DNA of 27,162 bases from a virus. Its lineage: Duplodnaviria > Caudoviricetes. The stretch lies in the IMG/VR virus record IMGVR_UViG_3300036815_000032, positions 1 to 27,162 of that record; one strand, 5' to 3'. Below are positions 16,786 through 25,162 of this stretch, in pieces (positions within the stretch are counted from its first letter, which is position 1; each line of letters begins with the position of its first letter). The notes under the pieces were generated by a model. The model did no database searches. It was not told the origin of the DNA and saw only the letters and a list, made by a program, of their open reading frames with translations. A program made the position numbers and the translations under genes.

Positions 16786-17151
16786 TCAAGCCATCAGTGG
16801 ATCGTTGGCAAACTCAAGCTTCCGGCGCCGTCGCTTCGGCTTCGCTGCCTCTTCGGCGGCTTGGGCCTCGGCAATCAACTTGCGAAGAGTGCTCACGCCT
16901 GCCTGTGCCTGCCCGTACACAGAAGCCACGTACGGTATTCCACTGTCCGGGTCCGAGCCGTATGCCTTCTCCAGACGGAAGAACTCCTCGCGAGCCTCCG
17001 GGTAGGCCATGTCGGTAACTTCAAACTCGTGCAACCGCTGCACATTCCCTTCCTCGAAAGTGAATTCGAGAATCGGGATCTCCCACGGGAAGACACCCTT
17101 GTTGTAGGTCGTCTGGCTGTCCCGCTTAACCGTCACTCGTTCGTAGCGCAT
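16786..17151 (-). CDS. Hypothetical phage protein of the head block
   Basis: 121 aa, AGGAGA SD, motifs PWEIPILE and EFFRLEKAYG, basic C-terminal tail. Confidence 0.7.
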   Translation of the reverse strand: MRYERVTVKRDSQTTYNKGVFPWEIPILEFTFEEGNVQRLHEFEVTDMAYPEAREEFFRLEKAYGSDPDSGIPYVASVYGQAQAGVSTLRKLIAEAQAAEEAAKPKRRRRKLEFANDPLMA

Positions 17152-17164
17152 GGGGCTCTCCTGT

Positions 17165-17752
17165 TTAGTTTTGGATGAGGTAGAGCGTTCCGGCGGTGCT
17201 CACCCGAATCCAATCGAACCCCAACTGCACGAGCTGCTGGCCGCCCGCCGCGACGCTCGCGATCTGCACGTACGTGCCCGGACCTCCAGGCGGGTTGTAG
17301 CCCTGCCCCGGAGCCGCTGCGTTCACATCAGGGGCGCCCTGGAGCACCAAAGTGCCGCCGCTGTTGTTTTCAACCAGCACCGTATTGCCCGGCTTGAAGG
17401 GCAGCGTTACGCCGTCCACCTGCCCGGAGAGCAAGTGCAACACGAGGTTGGCGCCGGTCGTGGTCGTGGTGATCGCCGAGCCGCCCTTTGTGGCCGATAC
17501 CGAGAACGTGTCGGTACTCGGGCTCACAACGAAGTACTGCTGACCAGCCACCAGGGGCGCGGGCATTGAGCCGCCAGCCGTGAAGCTGAAGGACACCGCA
17601 TCGCCGGCCGCAGGCGCATCGTAGCCAGGGGCCGTTACGACGCCCGGCGCCGCAGCGGTCACGGAGATGCCTTCAAGCGGGTCGCCGAACGGGACCGGCG
17701 CCTTATCGAAAGGCAGATAGATCGGGAGGTTGGTTACTGCCAAGACTTGCAT
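17165..17752 (-). CDS. Putative capsid decoration protein with an inserted beta-domain
   Basis: Directly follows MCP with AGGAGA SD. Small-residue rich, with an internal module AAPGVVT...GDAVSF...P.PLVAGQQYFVV....DTFSVSATKGGSAI. Confidence 0.6.
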   Translation of the reverse strand: MQVLAVTNLPIYLPFDKAPVPFGDPLEGISVTAAAPGVVTAPGYDAPAAGDAVSFSFTAGGSMPAPLVAGQQYFVVSPSTDTFSVSATKGGSAITTTTTGANLVLHLLSGQVDGVTLPFKPGNTVLVENNSGGTLVLQGAPDVNAAAPGQGYNPPGGPGTYVQIASVAAGGQQLVQLGFDWIRVSTAGTLYLIQN

Positions 17753-17781
17753 GTTTGTCTCCTGAATTCTGTTTCAGTGGA

Positions 17782-17801
17782 GCGCCGGCCGAAGCCGGCG
17801 C
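17782..17801 (-). other. Stable C(UUCG)G hairpin after the MCP stop codon
   Basis: GCGCCGGC-TTCG-GCCGGCGC on the minus strand with no U-tract, so more likely an mRNA stabiliser or pause site than a terminator. Confidence 0.65.
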
Positions 17802-17811
17802 ACCGTGTTGA

Positions 17812-18885
17812 TTAGGCGATCGACGCCACGCCGTGTGCGTTGCGCTTGCCGGTCGTGAGAGCTGCCTTCGCAGTCAGCGCCCAGTAGTGGACATAGCGGT
17901 CGTACACGCGCGGGGGCGTGCGGGTGATCATCCAGTGCCCTTGAATCGGACGCAGTTTGATAAACCGCGAATTCAACATGTAGCACCGCTTGACCCAGGG
18001 CACGCTCGGCGCGTAGAGCTGGTCCAGCACGGTCATCACCGGGTCCCAAATCAGTTCCCGGTTCTTGAAATACAGCCCCGTGCGGTTCTCCTCGCCCACG
18101 CTGGTGTCGAGTTCGGTCGGCTTCTGCTTCGTCCCGCTCTGCATGATGGTGCGGTTGACGGTTGCCTTCGCATCCTTACGGTAGGCGTCAATGAACGCCT
18201 CGCCGCACAGGATGTAATCGGGCGAGTAGCCGCCGAAGCGCGTGCAGTTACGCCAGAGGATTTCCAACTGGTCAGTCAGATTGCCTGCGGTGCCGGTGCT
18301 GATACCGATGCTCGCGTTGTTCTGCCACCAGGGATACACGCTCTGGTCGAGGCCGCCGATGACCATCGGGGCAGTCGGAGTTGTGGAGACCAACTGATCC
18401 AATCCGGGGATATTGGTCGCGCTCTGCGTACCGTCCAGATGGAGCATGTAGTCGAAATTCTCCTGAAAGCCGAGCTTCAGGGTTTCGCTGTTCTCCTGCA
18501 GGAGGTTCGTGAGCTGCACTTTCTCCGATTCACTCGGAGTGGACGACTTGTCGTCCGTCATGATGATTCCGTTCTGCGTCAGCTCGTCCTCGTTCAGACC
18601 GAAGCCATCGTGGAAGGAGCCCCACGTGAACTTCGCCTGCTGGAGCGTGCGCTTACGGTTGTAGGTAACCTGCTGGTCACCGAAATACGACTGGAAGTTC
18701 GAGTCGTTGCTGTAGCGGAGCTGCTCGACTACAAACTGGAGGCCGCCAACGTAGGGCTTTTTGCCCTCCATCAGCTTTTTGATCCACGGGCGGTCGATAT
18801 TGATCTGATCGACCGGCTCATTCCGCAGGTAGAAATTGATTGCAGCAAGGCCCGCATAGCCCAACTGCTCGGTAGTAAACGGCAT
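17812..18885 (-). CDS. Major capsid protein
   Basis: ~357 aa from ATG 18885 (MPFTTEQ; GGAG SD). Size, position after portal and scaffold, and motifs IPGLDQLV, IGGLD....PWWQN and PDYILCG are consistent with an HK97-fold MCP. Confidence 0.85.
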   Translation of the reverse strand: MPFTTEQLGYAGLAAINFYLRNEPVDQINIDRPWIKKLMEGKKPYVGGLQFVVEQLRYSNDSNFQSYFGDQQVTYNRKRTLQQAKFTWGSFHDGFGLNEDELTQNGIIMTDDKSSTPSESEKVQLTNLLQENSETLKLGFQENFDYMLHLDGTQSATNIPGLDQLVSTTPTAPMVIGGLDQSVYPWWQNNASIGISTGTAGNLTDQLEILWRNCTRFGGYSPDYILCGEAFIDAYRKDAKATVNRTIMQSGTKQKPTELDTSVGEENRTGLYFKNRELIWDPVMTVLDQLYAPSVPWVKRCYMLNSRFIKLRPIQGHWMITRTPPRVYDRYVHYWALTAKAALTTGKRNAHGVASIA

Positions 18886-18889
18886 GTTC

Positions 18890-19050
18890 TGCACTCCACA
18901 AAGGTAGATGGACGAACCAACTAGCCTTCACGGAGTGCGAATCCGAACTACGCCGCCCGGTGAACGGGCGCCTGGGGGGCGATTCCAGGGTTACGCCCGA
19001 AGGTTGACGCGGCATAGAAAATCATGCCGCGCCAACCTTGTCTACTTTTC
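18890..19050 (-). promoter_or_regulatory. Capsid-gene promoter and structured leader
   Basis: AAAAGTAGACA at 19049-19039, a 16-bp inverted repeat (19000-19039), and two further hairpins with related TCGC(C/A)C loops. Confidence 0.6.
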
Positions 19051-19339
19051 AGCTTTCAACGAACCCGTAGATGGTCTCGAACTTCAAGTTGCAGGTGGCA
19101 CTACCCTGCAATTGGGCTGTGACACCCTTCCACGCACTTCCGCCCGCCTGCACGTGTACGGCGATCCCCGGCACCTCGGCCAGGAAGTCCAATTGGCTGT
19201 TGACCGCTGCCTCAATGGCGGCCACAGAATCCCGCTCCTGTGGGATGTGCTCCGTACCTAACTTCGCAGCGGCAAACTGCGTCTCCAAATGCGCCTTCAC
19301 CGCTGAAGGCTTGCCGATCGCGTTTACGCTCCAACTCAT
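19049..19339 (-). CDS. Hypothetical protein
   Basis: 96 aa, GAGGAG SD, ATGA overlap with the upstream gene. Confidence 0.65.
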   Translation of the reverse strand: MSWSVNAIGKPSAVKAHLETQFAAAKLGTEHIPQERDSVAAIEAAVNSQLDFLAEVPGIAVHVQAGGSAWKGVTAQLQGSATCNLKFETIYGFVES

Positions 19340-19725
19340 GATCTCTCCTCCCCTTCCATCTGATCGAGTGCCTGATCCATCGCCGCTTTGGCGCCTTTGA
19401 GCTTGCCCTCGTGTACGTCTTCTTTCTGCGCACGGTTCACGGCGGCCAATTCCATCTTGCGAAGCTCCAACACCATGCGGCGCCGAGGCTCGCCGCCGTC
19501 GCGGTGCTCTTCCTCGCTCGATTTGACGTGCGCGTGAGCGTTCACCTGAAACTTGTCGCCCGGCTTCGGCATGTTGGTAATACCGAGCTTATTGAGCGCT
19601 TCATGGTCGAGATGGACGGAGAGCCCGTGGTGGTAGTCGTTCTCGCCGCCACCGCCGAGGGTGTCATAGTGCTTCTTCTCCGCCACCTTGTCGGCTTTGG
19701 TGCGCTTCATGTCTACCATTGCCAT
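19336..19725 (-). CDS. Capsid staple/cement protein, epsilon15 gp10-like
   Basis: MVDMK...YHHGLSVHLDHEALNKLGI..MPKPGD.....A.A.V.S...LEL matches my recollection of the gp10 pattern YPxGLxIxLDxExLxxLG...PxVGD. GGAGGT SD. Confidence 0.65.
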   Translation of the reverse strand: MAMVDMKRTKADKVAEKKHYDTLGGGGENDYHHGLSVHLDHEALNKLGITNMPKPGDKFQVNAHAHVKSSEEEHRDGGEPRRRMVLELRKMELAAVNRAQKEDVHEGKLKGAKAAMDQALDQMEGEERS

Positions 19726-19728
19726 GTG

Positions 19729-20844
19729 CTACCTCCCCATGCGCGAGAGCGCGCCGTTCACTGCGTCCAACATCGTCTTCGGGCCGCCGTCGTTCATGCC
19801 AGTCCCGCCGCCCCCCGAGGCGACGCCCTTGCCGCCCCGCATCGGTTGATTCTTTGGCACCGTACCAGTGCGCGCAGCCGGAGCCGCCGCACCGGGAAGC
19901 CTCAGTTTCTTGTAGGCTGCCTCGAACGCTGCGGGCCATTTGTCCGGCGACATGTTCGCGAACGTAACCTGTAGGATCGGCACGAGCTGCGCTTTCTTCT
20001 GCGCATACTGCGGATCAGACTGGCTGAGCCGAGTCTCCAGCGCGTTGAGATCAGACCGCGCCTGATTGCGCACGCGCGTCGCCTCCTGCTGCGCAGCCTG
20101 CGTCTGACTGTGGGAAGTGGCCAGCTCGTTGCGGAAAGCGCCCTGATTGCGACTCCGCGCCAAGTCCTTAGCGTACTTCTCCGTAATCTCCCTCTTCTGA
20201 ACAGCGGCCACCAAGTCAGGATGGTTCGCCAGCGGGTCGGAGGTTGTACGCTCACGGCCGATCATCGTCGCAAGACGATCGGCGACCGACTCCAGCAGCT
20301 CAAGCGCCTTGCCCTGCTGCGACGGGTCGCCGCTGTTGAACAGTGCAAGCCAACTCAACACTTCGCCGTACTGATCAGGGGACGCGCCGGTCGCTTGGAC
20401 GCCCTGCACCATGTAGTTGAAGTCCGTTTCGAACTTCGAGGCGCGCGTCTCCGCATCCTTCGTGCGGTCGATCAGCGTGCGAATGCGCTGTTGGGTCTCT
20501 TGCTTGAGATCCTTCGGAATCGGGTCATTCAGCGGATCAGGCTCTTTCGCCGGCTGCCCCGGCTTCTCGCCCGGCTTGCCGTCTTTGCCCTCTACCGTCT
20601 TGTCGGCCTTCGGGAGGAATTTGCCATCAGGCCCGCGCTGCCGGCCCTCGCCGGCTCCGGCGCCTTCCTCAGCGCCTTCCTCCTCGGCGCCCTCTTCCTC
20701 GGCACCCTCGTGCTCGGTACCAGCCTCCTCGGTAGTTTCCTCCGGCTCGCTAGGCTCCTCGTGCTCGGTGCTCTCCGTAGACTCGCTAACTCCGAGCGCA
20801 TCGTTGATGACATCCATGACTGTCTCTTCGTTTTCCGCTGACAT
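19729..20844 (-). CDS. Scaffolding protein
   Basis: Highly acidic N-terminus, R.PDGKF motif, helical core and short C-terminal helix (TMLDAVNGAL). Lies between portal and MCP. Confidence 0.75.
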   Translation of the reverse strand: MSAENEETVMDVINDALGVSESTESTEHEEPSEPEETTEEAGTEHEGAEEEGAEEEGAEEGAGAGEGRQRGPDGKFLPKADKTVEGKDGKPGEKPGQPAKEPDPLNDPIPKDLKQETQQRIRTLIDRTKDAETRASKFETDFNYMVQGVQATGASPDQYGEVLSWLALFNSGDPSQQGKALELLESVADRLATMIGRERTTSDPLANHPDLVAAVQKREITEKYAKDLARSRNQGAFRNELATSHSQTQAAQQEATRVRNQARSDLNALETRLSQSDPQYAQKKAQLVPILQVTFANMSPDKWPAAFEAAYKKLRLPGAAAPAARTGTVPKNQPMRGGKGVASGGGGTGMNDGGPKTMLDAVNGALSRMGR

Positions 20845-20883
20845 GCTGTTTTCCTGTTATGGGGCCGTTCGCCTGTTGCTTTC

Positions 20884-23073
20884 TTATGGTCCGGGCGGGG
20901 GTGGTCCGCCTCCAGGCGGCGGCATCGACGGAGGGGCGGGGGACGCACCCGGCGGCGCCGCGCCTGGAGGTGGAGGGGGCGGCTGCATCGCACGCTGATC
21001 CTGTGCGAGCGCCGGCAAAACGAGTTGAGCCGAGGTTGCCGGGTCGATCATGCCCTTGATGCTGACATTGATCTTCGGCGTATCCGGCGGCGGCGGTGCG
21101 CCCGCGCCCGGAGAGCCCGGAGGCGGTGCTTTCGGGAGGAACCGCTCAACATCCGTCTCATCGCCCAAGCGTTTCATGGTCTCTTTGAGCAACTCTGTGA
21201 GCGATTGCGCTGTCGCCATATCACCAGAGGCGAGCGCCTGTCGGATTTCCTGAATCGATTGCTTGATCTCGGGCAACGCCTGCGCCCATGCCTGTTGATC
21301 TGTAGCAGTCTTGGGCTTGCCGGTAGAACCTGCCGTGATGTTGACTTCCACCAGCGTAAACAGGTCCTCGATCGACATGCCGGCTGGCCAAAAGGCCATC
21401 TTGCCGGCCATTCGCATGGCTTCCTGAGCAGTCAAACATTGGAGCGCCTGCTCTGCGGTGTACCGCGCCATATCCGTGAGCATGTCTTCCAGGCAATCGC
21501 GGTCAGTTGAGGTCCGGGCAGCCGTTCCTGACTGTTGGATGTTAGCTTCTGTCGCCGTGACCGGATTTCCGGGCTTGCTCATCGCCGATTGCAACGCCTC
21601 CTGCACGCCCGAGATGCGCTCCATGTCATTCAGGATGAGCGAGGGGTCGTAAAGGCGCATATCAATGCCCTGGACGGGCTTCGGAGCAAACAAATTCCCA
21701 ATCGGCGTCGCCGGGTCCGCCGGCCGCACCGCCGTGTACTCCTGATGCTTCGAATCCGATATTTTGCGCGCCTCGGCTTCGTCTAGCTGCGTCGCATTGA
21801 AGAAGACGCCCGGAATGGAGCGCTCACGGGTAACGCGAAAGTTGGAGCGAGTGCAACTGTACTCGTCTTGGAGCTTGTAGAGTCGCCACGAAAGGGATTG
21901 CGCATGCCTCTGCCCATCCACTTCGTAGAATGAGAAATAGAAATACGGATAAAACCGGCTTGTGGGGTAGTTTGGCGTGAACGGTTCCTTGGCCCACTTC
22001 TTCACCCCGTCAATGATCGTGCGAATGTGTTTGTCGCGACGGTCCCATAGCTCAACACAGCGCAGATACGCCGGAGCTTCCGAGGCGGATGTCGTTGTGG
22101 TGAACGCTTGGGCCGCTTCTGCCGTGATCGTGCCCTGCGGGAGCGAGCCGTCGAGGTCTCGCGTCGTCATCTCTTTGGGCTCGTTCTGGTAGTAGTTCTT
22201 GGCCGACTCCAAATCCTCGGTCTTGAGCCGGGGGAAGCGCTCCAGCGCATCCTCCTTCAGAATGTACTGCTCATCGGCGATCCAATCCGAGTCAAGATAG
22301 TCCTCGATCGACTCAACATCGGTGGAAACCTGTATGCGCTCGGTGCGTATGAAGTCGATTGCGAACATCTTGTTGACAGCGAGTTCCAACTTATCGGACA
22401 GCTCCTCAACGAGCGCCTCTTTCTCGGCTTTCTCCGCCTCGAGTGTCTCCGGGTCCTTGTCCTCCGGGTCCTCCAACAGTTGGATTTGCGCGTGCAACCG
22501 GGCAACGGTCTCGCGCGCATCATTCAACGCCTTTTGCGTCTCAGGATGCGGCTCCTTTTCCGAGATCATGTTGCACTTCAGCCAACCCTCGGCCGTGCTG
22601 AGCACAGAGCGCACACCCTTCTTTGCCGCCTTCTTCAACTTGCCCTTGCGCCAGAGCTGCGAGATCACAATCTGGAGTGTCAGGGCGAACGCTTCCATCT
22701 GCGAAGTGCCGAACTCGTCAACCTGCTGCGCCTTCTTTGCAGATACATCCGGGTCACGCGCATAGAGGATCGCGGTCAGGATGTCGATGAAGACGCCGAT
22801 AAGGTTCGTGGTGACTGCCCACGAGAGGTCCGAGACGCCAGCGGCGTAGCGCCGGTCGATCGCAACCTGTTTACGGAAATTCTCATCGAACTTGCGGGCT
22901 CGCTCGTAGGTCTTCCACAGTTTGGAGACGAGCTTCTCCTCTTTGGCGTCGTCCTCGACCTCGCCCGGCTGCTTCTCGGCGCCCCCGAATTGCATCCCGC
23001 CGTTGGCCGCCTGCTGCGGGTCGGTCAACTGCCCGGCGTCGCCGCCGCTATTGATGCCCGAAGTGGAAATCAC
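20884..23073 (-). CDS. Portal protein
   Basis: 729 aa directly after TerL (GTGA overlap). Motifs VELWDR, MERISGVQEA and TATEANI; Pro-rich C-terminal tail. Confidence 0.85.
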   Translation of the reverse strand: MISTSGINSGGDAGQLTDPQQAANGGMQFGGAEKQPGEVEDDAKEEKLVSKLWKTYERARKFDENFRKQVAIDRRYAAGVSDLSWAVTTNLIGVFIDILTAILYARDPDVSAKKAQQVDEFGTSQMEAFALTLQIVISQLWRKGKLKKAAKKGVRSVLSTAEGWLKCNMISEKEPHPETQKALNDARETVARLHAQIQLLEDPEDKDPETLEAEKAEKEALVEELSDKLELAVNKMFAIDFIRTERIQVSTDVESIEDYLDSDWIADEQYILKEDALERFPRLKTEDLESAKNYYQNEPKEMTTRDLDGSLPQGTITAEAAQAFTTTTSASEAPAYLRCVELWDRRDKHIRTIIDGVKKWAKEPFTPNYPTSRFYPYFYFSFYEVDGQRHAQSLSWRLYKLQDEYSCTRSNFRVTRERSIPGVFFNATQLDEAEARKISDSKHQEYTAVRPADPATPIGNLFAPKPVQGIDMRLYDPSLILNDMERISGVQEALQSAMSKPGNPVTATEANIQQSGTAARTSTDRDCLEDMLTDMARYTAEQALQCLTAQEAMRMAGKMAFWPAGMSIEDLFTLVEVNITAGSTGKPKTATDQQAWAQALPEIKQSIQEIRQALASGDMATAQSLTELLKETMKRLGDETDVERFLPKAPPPGSPGAGAPPPPDTPKINVSIKGMIDPATSAQLVLPALAQDQRAMQPPPPPPGAAPPGASPAPPSMPPPGGGPPPPGP

Positions 23074-23714
23074 GCGAAATACCTCACCTTCGGTTTCTGG
23101 TTCCGGTCGTTATATTCGAGCCACGCTTCGGTGAAGGGTATTAGCATGGGTTTGCGTTCGTCTACTTTCTCCGTGGCGTCGAACATCTGGTCGATCCCGC
23201 GACCGATCAACCCGCACACGTCCGCTGCGTCATCCCAACGGCCGCCGGGGAACTTGATGAGTTGGTCTATGACGCGCTCGGCCCACGGAGCGTTGAGCGG
23301 CCAGTACACCATTCCGTTGGCAACCATGGAGTGGAAAGCCTGCAGTTTCAGGCTTTTGTCGAGAATGCTCGGGAGTGATTCCAACACGGTAAACGTACGC
23401 GTGCGGCGCATCTCTTTGCGCACGTGAGGTGCCAGCCCCTTGTCCAGAGTGCCGCCTTCGTTCCACCATTTGACCGGCTTGTGGCGCTTGACGAGCTGCA
23501 GGAAGGCATCCGTCCCCTTGTCCGTCTCCGCCTGCCTGGACCACCAGTCGAGTGCGTACAGGTAGCCGTTCTTGTCGATCCCCCACACCCCGTGCTCGGT
23601 GAAGTCGGGTTCCTTCTTCCCCTTCCGGGGCTCCATCGTGGCCCAGTCAGTTGCGCCGTAAACGCGCAAACGTGATGGGAGGGATACGGGCTCGTGGCCG
23701 TTGGTGAAGATCAT
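23070..23714 (-). CDS. terL: Terminase large subunit, C-terminal nuclease domain (separate ORF)
   Basis: RNase-H-like motifs VYGATDWA, DFT..GVWGID, WWNE and FPGGRWDDAADVCG. Confidence 0.9.
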   Translation of the reverse strand: MIFTNGHEPVSLPSRLRVYGATDWATMEPRKGKKEPDFTEHGVWGIDKNGYLYALDWWSRQAETDKGTDAFLQLVKRHKPVKWWNEGGTLDKGLAPHVRKEMRRTRTFTVLESLPSILDKSLKLQAFHSMVANGMVYWPLNAPWAERVIDQLIKFPGGRWDDAADVCGLIGRGIDQMFDATEKVDERKPMLIPFTEAWLEYNDRNQKPKVRYFA

Positions 23715-24778
23715 GTGCGCGGCAAGCTCGGATCGTAGTAGCGGAACATGTCACGGTGGAAGTGGATACCCGTGAAGGGCGCGGGCCGCTGTTGGTAGAG
23801 CGCGGCCCAGGTGCGCTGCGCTCGCGGGTTATCGCGCCACGTGCTCCAGTGCTCGGCCGGGAACCACTCAGGCCAAAGGAAGTCGCCTTTCTTGCGGCCC
23901 AGGGGATCGTCATCGCGTTCGGCTTCGGCCGGGATGCACAACACGCGCCACGTCTGTCCGTCGCGGCATTTGATAACGCCGCTCTCGCCTGCGTAGTCTG
24001 CGGGGAGAATCGAGCCAGCGAGATCATCCTCGTGCCAGCGTGTTTGAATGATGATGCACCACATGCCCGGCTTTGCGCGGGTCATGATGGTGTCAATATA
24101 TTCGTTGTATGTTTTCTCGCGGATCGTGGGGCTGTCTGCTTCCTCACGATTTCTAACAGGATCGTCGATCACGACACCGTCTGCGCGGTTTCCTGTGATC
24201 CCGGCGAGGAGCCCCGCCGACATGAGAGCCGAGCCGTTGGTTAGGCTCCAGTCGTCTACGGCCCTTTGATCATCGAGTAATAGCGGACGTGTGTCCCAAA
24301 GCGCACTCCATCGCGGGTCCTTGCATATGGTCCGCACTTTGCGCGATTGCTTCGCGGCAATCGATGAGCCGTACGAGCCGAGGATGATCTGTTGATTCCG
24401 TTTCCGGCCCATAGCCCAGGAAACGCCAACAGCGCCGGCATAGGTTGACTTGGCGGAGCCGGGCGGGGCGAAAATCATTAGCCGACCGCGAAATGTCTCG
24501 ATGCATCGCTGAATCTCCAGCATCATGACGTAGTGGTGAAGCGCAATGCGCTCCTCCACTGGCGTGTAGATCGGGTCGGGGCGAAGCCCGGTAAGCAGTT
24601 GGCCGCCACCGATCGGCATGCCATTGTCGTCGAACTGGAGATCCTCCTCTTCGTCCTCGAACTCGATCATCGGGACGCCGGGGATCTCGATCGCTTGGCT
24701 GTATTCGGCTAGGGAGTTGCGCGCACGTTGCCGCCGCAGCAGCTCCGTTGCCGCGTATTGGGCAGTGATGGGCTCCAT
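23711..24778 (-). CDS. terL: Terminase large subunit, N-terminal ATPase domain (separate ORF)
   Basis: Walker A APPGSAKST, Walker B GVVIDDP, coupling motif IIQTRWHEDDLAG, plus DPLGR..G..LWPE and WAALYQQRP. Confidence 0.92.
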   Translation of the reverse strand: MEPITAQYAATELLRRQRARNSLAEYSQAIEIPGVPMIEFEDEEEDLQFDDNGMPIGGGQLLTGLRPDPIYTPVEERIALHHYVMMLEIQRCIETFRGRLMIFAPPGSAKSTYAGAVGVSWAMGRKRNQQIILGSYGSSIAAKQSRKVRTICKDPRWSALWDTRPLLLDDQRAVDDWSLTNGSALMSAGLLAGITGNRADGVVIDDPVRNREEADSPTIREKTYNEYIDTIMTRAKPGMWCIIIQTRWHEDDLAGSILPADYAGESGVIKCRDGQTWRVLCIPAEAERDDDPLGRKKGDFLWPEWFPAEHWSTWRDNPRAQRTWAALYQQRPAPFTGIHFHRDMFRYYDPSLPRT

Positions 24779-24784
24779 AGCTCA

Positions 24785-25162
24785 TCAGAGTAGCAACGGG
24801 TCTACAGCGTCTTCTACTTTACCGCAGAACTCATACTTGGAGGCGTGATCGCCGGGGCAGTCCTCCACCGGGCAGGTATACTGCGGCGGAGGATCATTTA
24901 TGAGCCGAGGCAGCGGCTCCTCGCGGATGCGCTCCAACAACTCCTCATCCGACATGGTGGCGAGCGCTGCGGCAACACGCTTCGCCACGGGGACCGAGAT
25001 GACCGCAGACACCGCCTTACCGTGTCCGCGATCGATCAGCGTTTCGGCCGCGCGCAGTCGATCCTTATTCTCCGCGAACGGATCAAGCATGATGTCATGG
25101 ATAACTCCTACCGCTTCCTCCGTGTGATCGCGCGCAAGGGAGTCGGCGCTGCGGGTTTTCAT
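24785..25162 (-). CDS. terS: Terminase small subunit (putative)
   Basis: Immediately upstream of TerL; helical RLRAAETLIDRGHGKA and MSDEEL motifs. Confidence 0.7.
   Translation of the reverse strand: MKTRSADSLARDHTEEAVGVIHDIMLDPFAENKDRLRAAETLIDRGHGKAVSAVISVPVAKRVAAALATMSDEELLERIREEPLPRLINDPPPQYTCPVEDCPGDHASKYEFCGKVEDAVDPLLL

Noticed and set aside
17782-17801. Terminator after MCP
   Set aside because: Strong hairpin but no U-tract; kept only as a stabilising hairpin.
17833-18924. 363-aa antisense ORF over the MCP gene
   Set aside because: It mirrors the sense codons of a GC3-biased gene and has no recognisable motifs, a typical shadow ORF.
20884-21130. Poly-Pro tail of the portal
   Set aside because: Low-complexity C-terminal tails are common on podophage portals, so this is not distinctive.
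22108-23427. 439-aa antisense ORF over portal/terL (and similar shadow ORFs elsewhere)
   Set aside because: Same codon-bias artefact; implausible Leu/Arg-rich sequence.
23711-23750. Programmed -1 frameshift or intron joining the TerL halves
   Set aside because: No X XXY YYZ slippery site in the 12-codon shared window and no intervening sequence. It is not strictly excluded without proteomics.
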